DNA of 64,000 bases from an uncultured Alphaproteobacteria bacterium (GCA_902584795.1 CACIBB010000005.1:19959-83958); one strand, 5' to 3'. Numbered from the stretch's first letter, positions 33,133 through 43,049 are shown. Notes: generated from the sequence alone by a model not told the origin. Made by a program: numbers and translations.

Positions 33133-34215
33133 TTAGAGATTTTTAACAGCTTTTGAGAGAATTTGCATTTTTTGTTTTGCTTGATTTCTATCAAAAAACC
33201 CTAGACCACAATCAGGAGCAGCAATTAATCTTTCCTCATCAATATGCTCAAGAACTTCTCTGATCCTTTTTTGAATTTCCTCGACACTTTCCATACGACT
33301 TTTAGCTACATCAATCAAACCCATAATAACTTTAGTTTTTTTAAATTTTTCTAATAATTTTAAATCTAAAGGTCGGTGAGAGTCTTCCAAAGAAACTTCG
33401 TCTATACTAGAGTCTTCAACTAATTCAGCAATTTTATCATATGCATCTAGGTCTGCTTTTTTGTAGTGTTCTGAGTCAAGCGAGTTAGGATAACCGCAGC
33501 AAATATGACAAGCTTTTTGAGTTTCTTTTAGTATTCCATGCATTGCTCTTTCTAAGTTTTCCATACCATAATCGTGTGTTTCTTCTGGTTTTCTGGCGAA
33601 CACTGGTTCATCAATTTGAATGTATTGACAACCAGCTTCGGATAGAGCCTTAACTTCATTACTAATACATAAAGCTAGATCATAACCCATTTTTTTGGGA
33701 TCATTATAATAGTCATCAGCAATGGAGTCAGTTATTGTCATAGGACCAGGTATAGTTATTTTCACTGGGTTATTAGTAAACTGTTGTGCAGATTTCCAAT
33801 CATCTACTAATCGTAATGATTTATTTGAAACTTTACTTGTAATTGTTGGGAGTGTTGCTTCAAAAGCTCCTTTCCTGACTGATTTAGTCGTTAAGTGTTC
33901 AAAGCTTACCCCATTAAAAAATCTCAATTGATAAAAAATATAGTTTTCTCGCCTTACTTCACCATCTGTGGGGATATCTATTCCGCTACTTGTCTGATCA
34001 AGAATTACTTCTTCAATAGCTTTTAAGAATAGTTTTTCTTTTTCCTCATCTTTCTCTTCATATACTTTATGGTCTTCACTTTTGGGATCCCAATTTGATA
34101 ATAATCCCTTGGATTGTTTTTTTTCTTCGTCAGATTTATCTTGGAGAAACCAATCTCTTATAGGTGTGTAATTAGGTTTTGGATAAGCTCCAATGGTTGT
34201 AGTTTTGATGCTCAT
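33133..34215 (-). CDS. MetE-like single-barrel Zn-dependent thiol methyl/alkyltransferase
   Basis: 'TTTIGAYPKP', 'PTDGEVRR', 'IPGPMT', 'IQIDEP', Zn ligands 'HICCGY', 'SLE', 'PDCGLG'; lacks the N-terminal barrel of full-length MetE. Confidence 0.85.
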   Translation of the reverse strand: MSIKTTTIGAYPKPNYTPIRDWFLQDKSDEEKKQSKGLLSNWDPKSEDHKVYEEKDEEKEKLFLKAIEEVILDQTSSGIDIPTDGEVRRENYIFYQLRFFNGVSFEHLTTKSVRKGAFEATLPTITSKVSNKSLRLVDDWKSAQQFTNNPVKITIPGPMTITDSIADDYYNDPKKMGYDLALCISNEVKALSEAGCQYIQIDEPVFARKPEETHDYGMENLERAMHGILKETQKACHICCGYPNSLDSEHYKKADLDAYDKIAELVEDSSIDEVSLEDSHRPLDLKLLEKFKKTKVIMGLIDVAKSRMESVEEIQKRIREVLEHIDEERLIAAPDCGLGFFDRNQAKQKMQILSKAVKNL

Positions 34216-34223
34216 TTAAAAAA

Positions 34224-34253
34224 AAACAGCAGCTAGTATACTAGCTGCTGTTT
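34224..34253 (-). terminator. intrinsic terminator after the SBP gene
   Basis: Perfect 30-bp palindrome AAACAGCAGCTAGTA/TACTAGCTGCTGTTT with a T9 tract on the minus strand. Confidence 0.8.
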
Positions 34254-34285
34254 AAAAATCTAATGATAAACAGAATTGAAAAGAC

Positions 34286-35521
34286 CTACATTAAGTCTTC
34301 AATTTCCTCCATCATTTCTTCCTGAAGATCGCCCATGTCGTCGGCGTCACCTGTAGCAATGGTCTCAGTATAGTCATAGATTACCTGAGTCACAGCAAGA
34401 CCGTTTTCTCCAGGATATGCGAACCAATCAGCTAACAAAGGCAGCTGATTAACAGCAGTTAACTTGTTGGGGTTTGCATCATAAAAATCACCTAACAGGT
34501 CATTTGCAGCTTTGTTAGGAGGAACGTAACCTGTTGTTTCTGCAACAGCAGCTGCTCCTACACCTGATGTGATAAACTTTAAAAATGTCCATGCCGCTTG
34601 TACTCTTTCAGGATCATCTGAAGTAGTAACTAACATCGCTGCGTTACCACCGGCAGGTAGTCTAGCTGGAGTTCCACCATTAACACCAGGTATTCCTGGG
34701 AAAGGCGCAGTCTTTAGTTCAAAGTCAGCTTTTGCAGCTTCAACAGAGCCTAAACTACTAGTACTCCAAAACATCATACCAATAGTACCTGCATTAAACG
34801 CAGCTTGTCCGTCAGCAATAGAATAGTTAGGCATATTACAGCCACCCATGATATCTTTCATTTGCTCTAAAGTTTTTAGACCAGCATCTCCTCCCATATT
34901 AACAGCTCCATCTTTAACCATTGGAACATTTTGGCTATGCATTAGAGCTTGATGGAACCAGTTACCTGTAATATTCCATCCAAAGTAAAGTGTACCATGT
35001 CCTGCAGCTTCTAATTTATTACAAGCGTCAATGACTTCATCCCAATTTGATGGAATGCTGCTAACACCAGCACTTGCTAAAAGATCCATGTTGTAGTAAC
35101 CAACTGGAGTTGATACTGAAAATGGCAAGCCATAAACCTCTCCTCCAAAGGTAGATAAGCTCAACATAGCTTCATGATAACCGTCTTTTGCAAAATCTGG
35201 CTCATTAGCTATGAAAGGCTCTAAAGATAAAGCGATACCTTTGTCTACTAAAGGTGCTTGTCTATTAAGACCTTGCATGGTGATATCAGGTAAGTTTCCT
35301 GATGTTGACTCTCTTAGTATAGTAGCAGTAGCATCTTCATAGTTTTCATAAGTTGCTCTGAACTTAACTTTAATGTCAGGATGAGCTTTTTCAAACTCTG
35401 GCATAATTGCCTGATATGTCACATCGAACAAACCTGAATAAGGATATGCAAATTCAATTTCTACCGCATTAGCGTTGTATGCGAAAACTGATGCAAAAAA
35501 TCCTAAGATTACTTTTTTCAT
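34286..35521 (-). CDS. ABC transporter solute-binding protein, CUT1/UgpB-like
   Basis: Signal peptide (..ANA-VE), 'YGLPFSVSTPVGYYNMD', 'AAWTFLKF', 'TGYVP'; SD AGGAGG. Confidence 0.9.
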   Translation of the reverse strand: MKKVILGFFASVFAYNANAVEIEFAYPYSGLFDVTYQAIMPEFEKAHPDIKVKFRATYENYEDATATILRESTSGNLPDITMQGLNRQAPLVDKGIALSLEPFIANEPDFAKDGYHEAMLSLSTFGGEVYGLPFSVSTPVGYYNMDLLASAGVSSIPSNWDEVIDACNKLEAAGHGTLYFGWNITGNWFHQALMHSQNVPMVKDGAVNMGGDAGLKTLEQMKDIMGGCNMPNYSIADGQAAFNAGTIGMMFWSTSSLGSVEAAKADFELKTAPFPGIPGVNGGTPARLPAGGNAAMLVTTSDDPERVQAAWTFLKFITSGVGAAAVAETTGYVPPNKAANDLLGDFYDANPNKLTAVNQLPLLADWFAYPGENGLAVTQVIYDYTETIATGDADDMGDLQEEMMEEIEDLM

Positions 35522-35563
35522 AGTCCCTCCTTATAATAATAATAATTAATTATTAAATCCTTA

Positions 35564-35581
35564 ATGTTAAGAATATGTTAA
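35564..35581 (-). promoter_or_regulatory. 7-4-7 direct repeat (Pho-box-like) upstream of the SBP gene
   Basis: Minus strand TTAACAT-ATTC-TTAACAT, 11-bp period. Confidence 0.55.
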
Positions 35582-35653
35582 ATTTTTAAAGCAAAGTATA
35601 AATAATCAATATGTGTGAGAAAAAATCTGTGAATAATTACTAAAAGCTATTAA

Positions 35654-37093
35654 TTACCAAGGTAATGAGAAGGTTTTTACATTTGTGTAACTTTTCATAG
35701 CCTCTATTACACCCTCTTTATAGCCTAATCCTGAGTCTTTTATTCCGCCAAAAGGTGACATCTCAATTCTGTAACCGGGCACTTCCCAAATATTAACTGT
35801 GCCCACATTAAGACCGCTTATGTATTTTTTAATTCTTCTAAAATCGTTACTACAAACACCTGATGACAAGCCAAAGGCCGTTGAATTTGAAATTTCCATT
35901 ACTTTTTCATCATCATTGGGAACTCTAATGACAGGCACAATTGGACCAAAGGTTTCTTCAACAACAAGTTCTGATTTATAATTAACGTTGTCTATAAAAA
36001 TTGGTGGCACAAGAGCTTCTTGGACCCCAGGGTTATAAAGAATTTTTGCACCATCCTGTTCAGCTTTATTTACTCTGTCATTAAACATACTTGCTGCCTC
36101 TTTATTAATTACTGTGCCCAACTGATTGTTAATATCCATGGGATCACCAAATTTTATTGCTTTTGCTTTTTCCAAAGCAAGCTCGACAAATTTATCAGCA
36201 ACTGATTCTTGAACTAATATTCTTTTTACAGCAGTGCATCTTTGACCAGAGTTTTTTGTTGCTCCCATGATTGCTAGATCAGCTGCTTTATTTAAATCAT
36301 CATCATCTAAGTCACTCAAAACTATTAAAGGGTCGTTTCCACCTAACTCTAAAACAGTTCTTTTGTAACCTGCATTTTCAGCTATCAGTTTTCCAACACC
36401 AACGCTTCCTGTAAAAGTAATTAAATCTATATTTTTATTTTTAATTACTTCATTCCCAATGTCTTCAGGCCATCCTGTTAAAATTGAAAACATTTCTGGA
36501 GGAAGGCCACATTCATATAAAATATCTGCTAGTAGCATAGCTGTTAAAGGGGTCAATTCAGTTTGTTTACAAACAGTACAGTTGTTAGTTGCTATTGATG
36601 GAGCTATTTTGTGAGCAACCATATTTAAAGGATGATTAAATGGAGTGATTGCAGATATTGTGTTAAGCGGTTCTCTAATTGTAAATATTTTTCTTTGTTT
36701 TCCATGAGGTGTTAAATCACAAGAATAAATTTCTCCGTCATCCTGGATACAAAGCTGAGCAGTAAGAGAAAATACATCATAGGCTCTACCAACTTCATAA
36801 AGTGTATCTTGTTTTGATAGCCCAGACTCAAGTGAAATTAGATCAGAGATTTGTTCTTTTCTCTCAACAAGTGTTTCAGCAGTCTTTTGAAGTATTTTTT
36901 GACGATCATATCTAGATAAATTAGGTTTATAATTTGCAGCAATATCAAAGGCTTTTTGAGCATGTTCTGCTGTGCCAGCTGGTACTGTGCCTATAACTTT
37001 ACCTGTGAAGGGATAGATAACATCAATCTTGGTATCGGTGTGAACAATTTTTCCACCAATCCTCATACCCTCATTAATAATTTTATCAGTCAT
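35654..37093 (-). CDS. phnY: phosphonoacetaldehyde dehydrogenase
   Basis: ALDH with 'CDLTPHGK', 'ELGGNDP', '[12 protein letters not shown]', '[17 protein letters not shown]'; 2 bp downstream of phnA. Confidence 0.92.
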   Translation of the reverse strand: MTDKIINEGMRIGGKIVHTDTKIDVIYPFTGKVIGTVPAGTAEHAQKAFDIAANYKPNLSRYDRQKILQKTAETLVERKEQISDLISLESGLSKQDTLYEVGRAYDVFSLTAQLCIQDDGEIYSCDLTPHGKQRKIFTIREPLNTISAITPFNHPLNMVAHKIAPSIATNNCTVCKQTELTPLTAMLLADILYECGLPPEMFSILTGWPEDIGNEVIKNKNIDLITFTGSVGVGKLIAENAGYKRTVLELGGNDPLIVLSDLDDDDLNKAADLAIMGATKNSGQRCTAVKRILVQESVADKFVELALEKAKAIKFGDPMDINNQLGTVINKEAASMFNDRVNKAEQDGAKILYNPGVQEALVPPIFIDNVNYKSELVVEETFGPIVPVIRVPNDDEKVMEISNSTAFGLSSGVCSNDFRRIKKYISGLNVGTVNIWEVPGYRIEMSPFGGIKDSGLGYKEGVIEAMKSYTNVKTFSLPW

Positions 37094-37095
37094 GA

Positions 37096-38331
37096 TTAAG
37101 CTCCATTAATAGCATAAAAAAATGCATCATAGTTATTTAAACTTTGATCTTTTGCAATGTTTAGTTTTTTATTAGAAATAAAAGGAACTTCTCTTTCATG
37201 ATGACCTCCATGAGATCTAAGGGGTTCCTTTAATTTTGAAAGATCATGATTAGCTTTTGAGGTACCAATTGTCATATCTTCAGATGACATGCATACGATA
37301 TCACCTATTCTATCTGAAGGTAGCCTATATTCTCTACATGCTTCTTCTTGTTTAACAACTACTTCAATTTCTTTAATTGATGATATTTTGCTAATTGTTT
37401 CACCAATTTTTGATTTATCTTTTACATATATAGTGGCAAACGATCCCAGTGAACCATGATGAACTACATAAGGGTCAGTAATTGGAAGTATTACTTTAGC
37501 CTCATCTTTACCCATTTGATCATCTAAATAATCTTGAAGGAAGATGGCATTAGGTTCTCCATTAATATTTGCTTTAGACTTCATTCCATGATCTGCAGTG
37601 ATGACAACCGAATTCCCATTACTACAAATTTTACTGACATACTTATCAAACATCTGATAAAAATCATTTGCTTCTTTATCTCCAGGTGCATATTTGTGTT
37701 GAATAAAGTCAGTTGTAGATAAATACATAATGTCAGGATTAAATTCCTCAAGTAATTTTACCCCAGCTGCCATAACAAATTCTGATAGATCCTGAGAATA
37801 TACTTCAGGTACTTTCATTCCAATCCAATCATTAATATTTTCAATACCATTTTCACTGAGAGTGGCCTGATCTGATTTTTCTGATGAAAAACAGATTGCT
37901 CTTCCTTCATTAAATCTTAAACCATTACCTAAAAGAGTTCTTAATTTGTCCTTTGCAGTGATTACTGCTATTTTATAACCTTCATTATAATATTTCTCAA
38001 AAATAGTTGGAGCTCTTAGATATTGTGGATCATTCATCATCACTTCTTCACCGGTTGATGGGGTATAAAAGAAATTACCACTTATTCCATGAACATCGCT
38101 AGGCTGCCCTGTGACTATCGAAATGTTGTTAGGGTTTGTAAAACTGGGAATAGCACTGTTAGCCATCAGATATTGGCCATTTTCAAGTATTTTATCAAGA
38201 TTTGGTGTCAATCCTTTTGAAGAGGCGATATCAATATATTCTTTTTGACTGCCATCAAGGCATATAACTACTACAGTTGAAGAAAGTGATTTATTGTATT
38301 GTCTTTTGTTTATTTCAATTTTATCACTCAT
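37096..38331 (-). CDS. phnA: phosphonoacetate hydrolase
   Basis: Alkaline-phosphatase-superfamily motifs 'CLDG', 'PSFTNPNN', 'STTDFIQHK', 'TADHGM', '[10 protein letters not shown]', 'LRSHGG'. Confidence 0.95.
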   Translation of the reverse strand: MSDKIEINKRQYNKSLSSTVVVICLDGSQKEYIDIASSKGLTPNLDKILENGQYLMANSAIPSFTNPNNISIVTGQPSDVHGISGNFFYTPSTGEEVMMNDPQYLRAPTIFEKYYNEGYKIAVITAKDKLRTLLGNGLRFNEGRAICFSSEKSDQATLSENGIENINDWIGMKVPEVYSQDLSEFVMAAGVKLLEEFNPDIMYLSTTDFIQHKYAPGDKEANDFYQMFDKYVSKICSNGNSVVITADHGMKSKANINGEPNAIFLQDYLDDQMGKDEAKVILPITDPYVVHHGSLGSFATIYVKDKSKIGETISKISSIKEIEVVVKQEEACREYRLPSDRIGDIVCMSSEDMTIGTSKANHDLSKLKEPLRSHGGHHEREVPFISNKKLNIAKDQSLNNYDAFFYAINGA

Positions 38332-38393
38332 AATTACTATTGCCCCCTATAAAGAACAAACTTCCGTATAATGTAAAATTAATTCATAAAGTT

Positions 38394-38411
38394 TTAACAT
38401 AAATTTTACAA
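38394..38411 (+). promoter_or_regulatory. degenerate 7-4-7 repeat in the phnA/ABC divergent promoter
   Basis: TTAACAT-AAAT-TTTACAA; shares the TTAACAT heptamer with the repeat at 35564. Confidence 0.4.
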
Positions 38412-38467
38412 ATTTACTTTTAAAATGTCTTAATCAGAACTATTTTAGTGTTGAGGAATAAAAATAG

Positions 38468-39586
38468 ATGGGGACAATTTCTTTAAAGAACATCAATAAG
38501 TCATTTGGTTCAACTGAGGTACTTAAACAACTAAGCCTTGATATCCAAGATGGTGAATTTTTAACATTAGTCGGTCCGTCCGGTTGCGGCAAATCCACTT
38601 TGTTAAAAATTATTGCTGGATTGGAACAACAAAATAGTGGCGATGTAATTATTGATGATAAGAATGTTAACAGCACCAGAGCTAGCAAGAGAGACTTAGC
38701 AATGGTTTTCCAATCCTACGCTCTTTACCCGCACCTGACTGTCAGAAAAAATTTAGAAACACCTTTGAAATTAAGAGACTATAGTTTTGTAGAGAGGTTG
38801 CCTCTTATTGGTAATTTTGTACCAAGTAGAAAAGAAAAAAAAAAATCAATTGATGACCTTGTTTTCAAAACATCTGAAACTTTGAAAATAACAGAACTAC
38901 TTGATAGGAAGCCAGGTCAACTATCTGGTGGTCAAAGACAAAGAGCGGCACTAGGAAGAGCGATGGTAAGAGAACCAGTCGCTTTCTTAATGGATGAACC
39001 TTTATCAAATCTTGATGCTGCATTAAGAGTTCATATGAGATCTGAACTATCTGAGCTTCATAATTCTTTAAAGACCACTTTCATTTATGTGACGCATGAT
39101 CAAGCTGAAGCACTTACAATGTCAACTCGAATGGCGGTAATGATTGATGGGGAACTTTTGCAACTTGATACTCCAAGTGAGGTTTATAATAATCCATCAT
39201 CTTTAAGAGTTGCAGAATTTGTTGGCAGCCCAAAGATTAACACATTTGCTGCTCAGATTAGCTCTGATGGTTCTGTTGAATTTATGGGTATTAAGCTTGA
39301 AAGAAAATTTAATACTAATAGTCAAAAAGCTTTAGTTGCTGTGAGACCAGAACATTTAGAAATTACAAAAGACTCAAACAAACCTGCATTTGAGGCTACA
39401 GTTTCATACCGAGAAAACCTTGGTTCTGATATATTTTACCATGTTCAAGTTGATCAATCTGAATCTAAAATTATAGTCAGAGGCTCACCACAAGCTGGAC
39501 TGATCTCAAATGGGGAAACAGTTAGAATAAGCCCCTCTCATGCAGAGGCTATGCTTTTTGAAACATCTGGTGAGCGTATCCGATAA
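38468..39586 (+). CDS. ABC transporter ATP-binding protein (MalK/UgpC family)
   Basis: 'GPSGCGKST', 'LSGGQRQR', 'MDEPLSNLD', TOBE-like C-terminus. Confidence 0.95.
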   Translation: MGTISLKNINKSFGSTEVLKQLSLDIQDGEFLTLVGPSGCGKSTLLKIIAGLEQQNSGDVIIDDKNVNSTRASKRDLAMVFQSYALYPHLTVRKNLETPLKLRDYSFVERLPLIGNFVPSRKEKKKSIDDLVFKTSETLKITELLDRKPGQLSGGQRQRAALGRAMVREPVAFLMDEPLSNLDAALRVHMRSELSELHNSLKTTFIYVTHDQAEALTMSTRMAVMIDGELLQLDTPSEVYNNPSSLRVAEFVGSPKINTFAAQISSDGSVEFMGIKLERKFNTNSQKALVAVRPEHLEITKDSNKPAFEATVSYRENLGSDIFYHVQVDQSESKIIVRGSPQAGLISNGETVRISPSHAEAMLFETSGERIR

Positions 39587-39588
39587 AT

Positions 39589-40545
39589 ATGCACCACTCT
39601 AAAGCACATATTTGGTTTGTTTGGCCTGCAATCATACTAATGATTGTCATATTAATACTTCCAATTTTTTTAGCCGGAGGTATCTCATTTACTAATTACA
39701 ATCTTGGTAATTCTAGTTTCGAATGGGTAGGCACGGAGAATTATGAAAAAATGTTCTCCAGAAAAACTTACATTAAAATGATTATATCAACGGCAACTTA
39801 CGTGTTAATCGTTGTCCCTGTTTCAGTGGTATTAGGTTTAGTTGCAGCTATTATGCTCAACTCTCTTCGATTTGGAGCTGATATTTATAAAACAATTTTC
39901 TTTCTTCCGGTGATGGCTACTTTATTGGCAATGGCTATTGCTTGGGAATTTACTCTTCATCCAACTCTTGGAATAATAAATTCTTTTCTTGCCAATGGAT
40001 GCGGAGGTATTAGAGAATTTATTTTAGGTTTTCATTGGCTACCGTGGGTTAGTTCCGAGGATAGTTGGTACAGTGTTGCTTGTGCTAACAATATGGATTT
40101 CCCGTATTGGCTCAAAGATAAAAAAACAGCGATTTGGACAATTTGTTTTATTGGAGTATGGCAAGCCTTTGGATTTAATATGGTGTTATACTTAGCTGGT
40201 TTAACAAGCATACCAAGAGAATTGTATCATGCTGCAGAAATGGATGGTGCTCAGTCAACTTGGGAACAATTTAAACTTGTAACTTGGCCAATGTTAGGTC
40301 CTACAACTCTTTTTGTGGTTACCATAACGACAATAAGGTCATTTCAAGTATTTGACACAATTGAAATTCTTACAAAAGGTGGTCCTGCCAAAACAACGTA
40401 TGTAATGATGTACGCAATTTTTGAAAAAGCAATTCAACAAAATATTACAAGTATTGGTGCAGCGATTACTGTTGTGTTTATAATTTTTATAATCTTGCTA
40501 ACATTCTTCCAAAGATATGTGATTGAGAAAAGGGTACATTACTAA
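39589..40545 (+). CDS. CUT1 ABC permease (UgpA/MalF-like)
   Basis: Multiple TM helices, EAA-loop variant 'LYHAAEMDGA'. Confidence 0.92.
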   Translation: MHHSKAHIWFVWPAIILMIVILILPIFLAGGISFTNYNLGNSSFEWVGTENYEKMFSRKTYIKMIISTATYVLIVVPVSVVLGLVAAIMLNSLRFGADIYKTIFFLPVMATLLAMAIAWEFTLHPTLGIINSFLANGCGGIREFILGFHWLPWVSSEDSWYSVACANNMDFPYWLKDKKTAIWTICFIGVWQAFGFNMVLYLAGLTSIPRELYHAAEMDGAQSTWEQFKLVTWPMLGPTTLFVVTITTIRSFQVFDTIEILTKGGPAKTTYVMMYAIFEKAIQQNITSIGAAITVVFIIFIILLTFFQRYVIEKRVHY

Positions 40546-40546
40546 A

Positions 40547-41440
40547 ATGTTAGCTAGACATTATATTGGAGAGTCATGGAAGCATGGACTGCTCATCATT
40601 GGAGCATTAATTGTGTTGATCCCATTCTACATGATGGTTTCAATGTCACTTAAATCTCAACAAGAAATTCAGTCAATATCTGGAGGTTTAGTCGGAGCAC
40701 AGGAGATTCAAACATTCCCAGTTTGTACTAAGCACGGATACAGTGAAGAGGTATGTACAATGCGACCTTATAAATACAATTTCTGGTTTGCATTCAAAAA
40801 AGCCCCAATTCCAAGGTATTTAATGAACGGTTTGATTGTGACTGTTTCAATCTTTTTAATACAAGTATTGATTGCACTTCCATGTTCTTATGCACTAGCC
40901 AAGCTTAGGTTTAAAGGGAGGGAATTTGTCTTTTCAATGGTTCTGTTCTGTTTATTAATACCTGTACATGCAATCGCTTTACCGTTGTATGTCATGTTAG
41001 CAAAAGCTGGACTGGTGGATACCTATGCAGCCTTAATAATACCGTGGACGATATCTGTGTTTGGAATTTTTCTAATGCGGCAATTCTTTATGACAGTACC
41101 AGATGAACTAATTGATGCTGCAAGGATGGATGGTATGGGAGAATATTCTATTGTTTGGAAAGTTATGCTTCCTGTAGCTATACCAGCGTTACTAGCTTTT
41201 GCAATTTTCTCAGTTGTTGCTCACTGGAATGATTATTTTTGGCCTAGGATTGTTATCACAGGTAATCGTGATTTATTTACACCACCACTTGGTATTAGAG
41301 AATTTAGAGGCGGAATTGATAGTGATGAATTTGGACCTATGATGGCGTCGATTGTTACTGTTACAATTCCACTTATTGTGGCTTTCATAGTTGCTCAAAA
41401 AAGATTTGTTGAAGGTATCACTATGACTGGAATGAAGTAA
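40547..41440 (+). CDS. CUT1 ABC permease (UgpE/MalG-like)
   Basis: 'ELIDAARMDG', 'WNDYFWP'; probable ATG at 40547. Confidence 0.92.
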   Translation: MLARHYIGESWKHGLLIIGALIVLIPFYMMVSMSLKSQQEIQSISGGLVGAQEIQTFPVCTKHGYSEEVCTMRPYKYNFWFAFKKAPIPRYLMNGLIVTVSIFLIQVLIALPCSYALAKLRFKGREFVFSMVLFCLLIPVHAIALPLYVMLAKAGLVDTYAALIIPWTISVFGIFLMRQFFMTVPDELIDAARMDGMGEYSIVWKVMLPVAIPALLAFAIFSVVAHWNDYFWPRIVITGNRDLFTPPLGIREFRGGIDSDEFGPMMASIVTVTIPLIVAFIVAQKRFVEGITMTGMK

Positions 41441-41761
41441 TTATTTACCCAGAGCGTTTACCATTACAATACCAAGTATAATTAGACCACAACCAAGTAT
41501 TCCAAATAAGTTTGGACTCTGACCAAACTTAATTATACTTAATATGAACGTTCCAAAAATCACTAAACCAGCATAAGAGGCATAGGCAATTCCCATTGGT
41601 AAAAACTTCATTACTTTAGAAATAAAAAAGACTGCGATTACTATTGAAATAGCACTTAGTGAAGTTGGTATGAATTTCTCGTATCCATTTGATATTTTAG
41701 CAAAATTATTTGAAAGTATCCCAAAGAAGACTGCAGCGGCTAAATAAAAATATCCAATCAA
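41441..41761 (-). CDS. SMR/DMT family small membrane transporter
   Basis: Four TM helices, 'LPMGIAYASYAG'; TM1 has no acidic residue. Confidence 0.8.
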   Translation of the reverse strand: MIGYFYLAAAVFFGILSNNFAKISNGYEKFIPTSLSAISIVIAVFFISKVMKFLPMGIAYASYAGLVIFGTFILSIIKFGQSPNLFGILGCGLIILGIVMVNALGK

Positions 41762-41762
41762 T

Positions 41763-43049
41763 TTAGATATCTATCTCATAAGGAAATGAGCTTAGTTGCT
41801 CCAAGCCATCTTTGGTTACAACGAACTGATCCTCAAGTTTAATTCCTTCTTTACCGCCAACTTCACCAATATAACTCTCTACACAGATAGTCATATTTTC
41901 CTCAAAATTGGCTGAGTAATCCGCATTGCTAAAATCTCTATTTGGGTAAGCAACAAGTGGCCATTCATCACAAAGACCGACACCATGAATAATGCATGGA
42001 TAATGATTATCGTAGCAATTATCAGGCAATTTCCAGGATTTTTCTGCAAATTCTCTAAAATTTAAACCAGCTTTAATCAGAGATTTATTATGATTAATAT
42101 GCTCTAAAGACATTGAGTAGAGCCTTTTTTGTTCATCATTTAGACGATTGCCCTCAACAAAGGTTCGAGAGATATCAGCACAGTAACCGTACGGTCCAAC
42201 CATATCTGTGTCAAAAGCAACTAAATCTCCAGACTCAATGACTCTGTTACTGCATTCTTGAAGCCAAGGATTTGTTCGTGGTCCAGATACTAAAAGACGA
42301 GTCTCAAACCATTCCCCACCATTTTCAATATTGACTTTATGCATGTATGACCAAAGTTCTTCTTCTGTCATACCTGCCTGAAGTTTGTCTCTCATTAGCC
42401 ACATTCCTTTTTCAGCAGTCTCAATAGAAGCTTTCATGCAAATTAACTCATCATCAGATTTAATAGATCTTGCAAGCTCAATATACTTTTGGGCGTTCAC
42501 TAGTTTAACATTAAACTGTTTAAGTAACATTTGTATTCCAACTGGATCGGAAACATCTATTGCAAGGCAATTATTATCAGGTGAATGCTCTCTCATTAAA
42601 TCTTGAACAGTGCCAGCCCATTTTTTTGCATTTTTATCAACAAAATTATTTGCTGAAAAAAAATCCCAACTATCAACTGCTCGAATATCATCAATCGTGC
42701 ATAAATGTTCTGAGAGATGCTCGCTCTTTGGATAATCAAATAGTATTACTTTTCCCTCTGCAGAAATAAATACGAATCGCACGAGTTCATGCATTGTAAA
42801 TAAACTCATATTTCTACTGTCGGTTGCATACCTTATATTGATCGGATCAAATAATATGCAAGCACCAACATTATTTAATCGTAGTTGCTCTAAAACTCTA
42901 TTGAGTCGATACATACGTAAACGGTCGAAGTCTATTTTTTCTTCGTAGAGCCTAGGTTTATAAACTTGATTTTCAAAATTTTGGTTAATTGTTTCGAAAA
43001 ACTTTGGGCCAATTTTACGGTCTGCAAATTTACTTGTAAAATTACTCAT
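41763..43049 (-). CDS. M24B metallopeptidase-fold protein, DMSP lyase DddP-like
   Basis: 'FDPINIRYATDSRNM', 'GGEWFETRLLVSGPRTNPWLQEC', 'FDTDMVG', 'DISRT', 'HGVGLCDEWP', 'CVES', 'KLEDQ'; probable ATG at 43049. Confidence 0.75.
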   Translation of the reverse strand: MSNFTSKFADRKIGPKFFETINQNFENQVYKPRLYEEKIDFDRLRMYRLNRVLEQLRLNNVGACILFDPINIRYATDSRNMSLFTMHELVRFVFISAEGKVILFDYPKSEHLSEHLCTIDDIRAVDSWDFFSANNFVDKNAKKWAGTVQDLMREHSPDNNCLAIDVSDPVGIQMLLKQFNVKLVNAQKYIELARSIKSDDELICMKASIETAEKGMWLMRDKLQAGMTEEELWSYMHKVNIENGGEWFETRLLVSGPRTNPWLQECSNRVIESGDLVAFDTDMVGPYGYCADISRTFVEGNRLNDEQKRLYSMSLEHINHNKSLIKAGLNFREFAEKSWKLPDNCYDNHYPCIIHGVGLCDEWPLVAYPNRDFSNADYSANFEENMTICVESYIGEVGGKEGIKLEDQFVVTKDGLEQLSSFPYEIDI

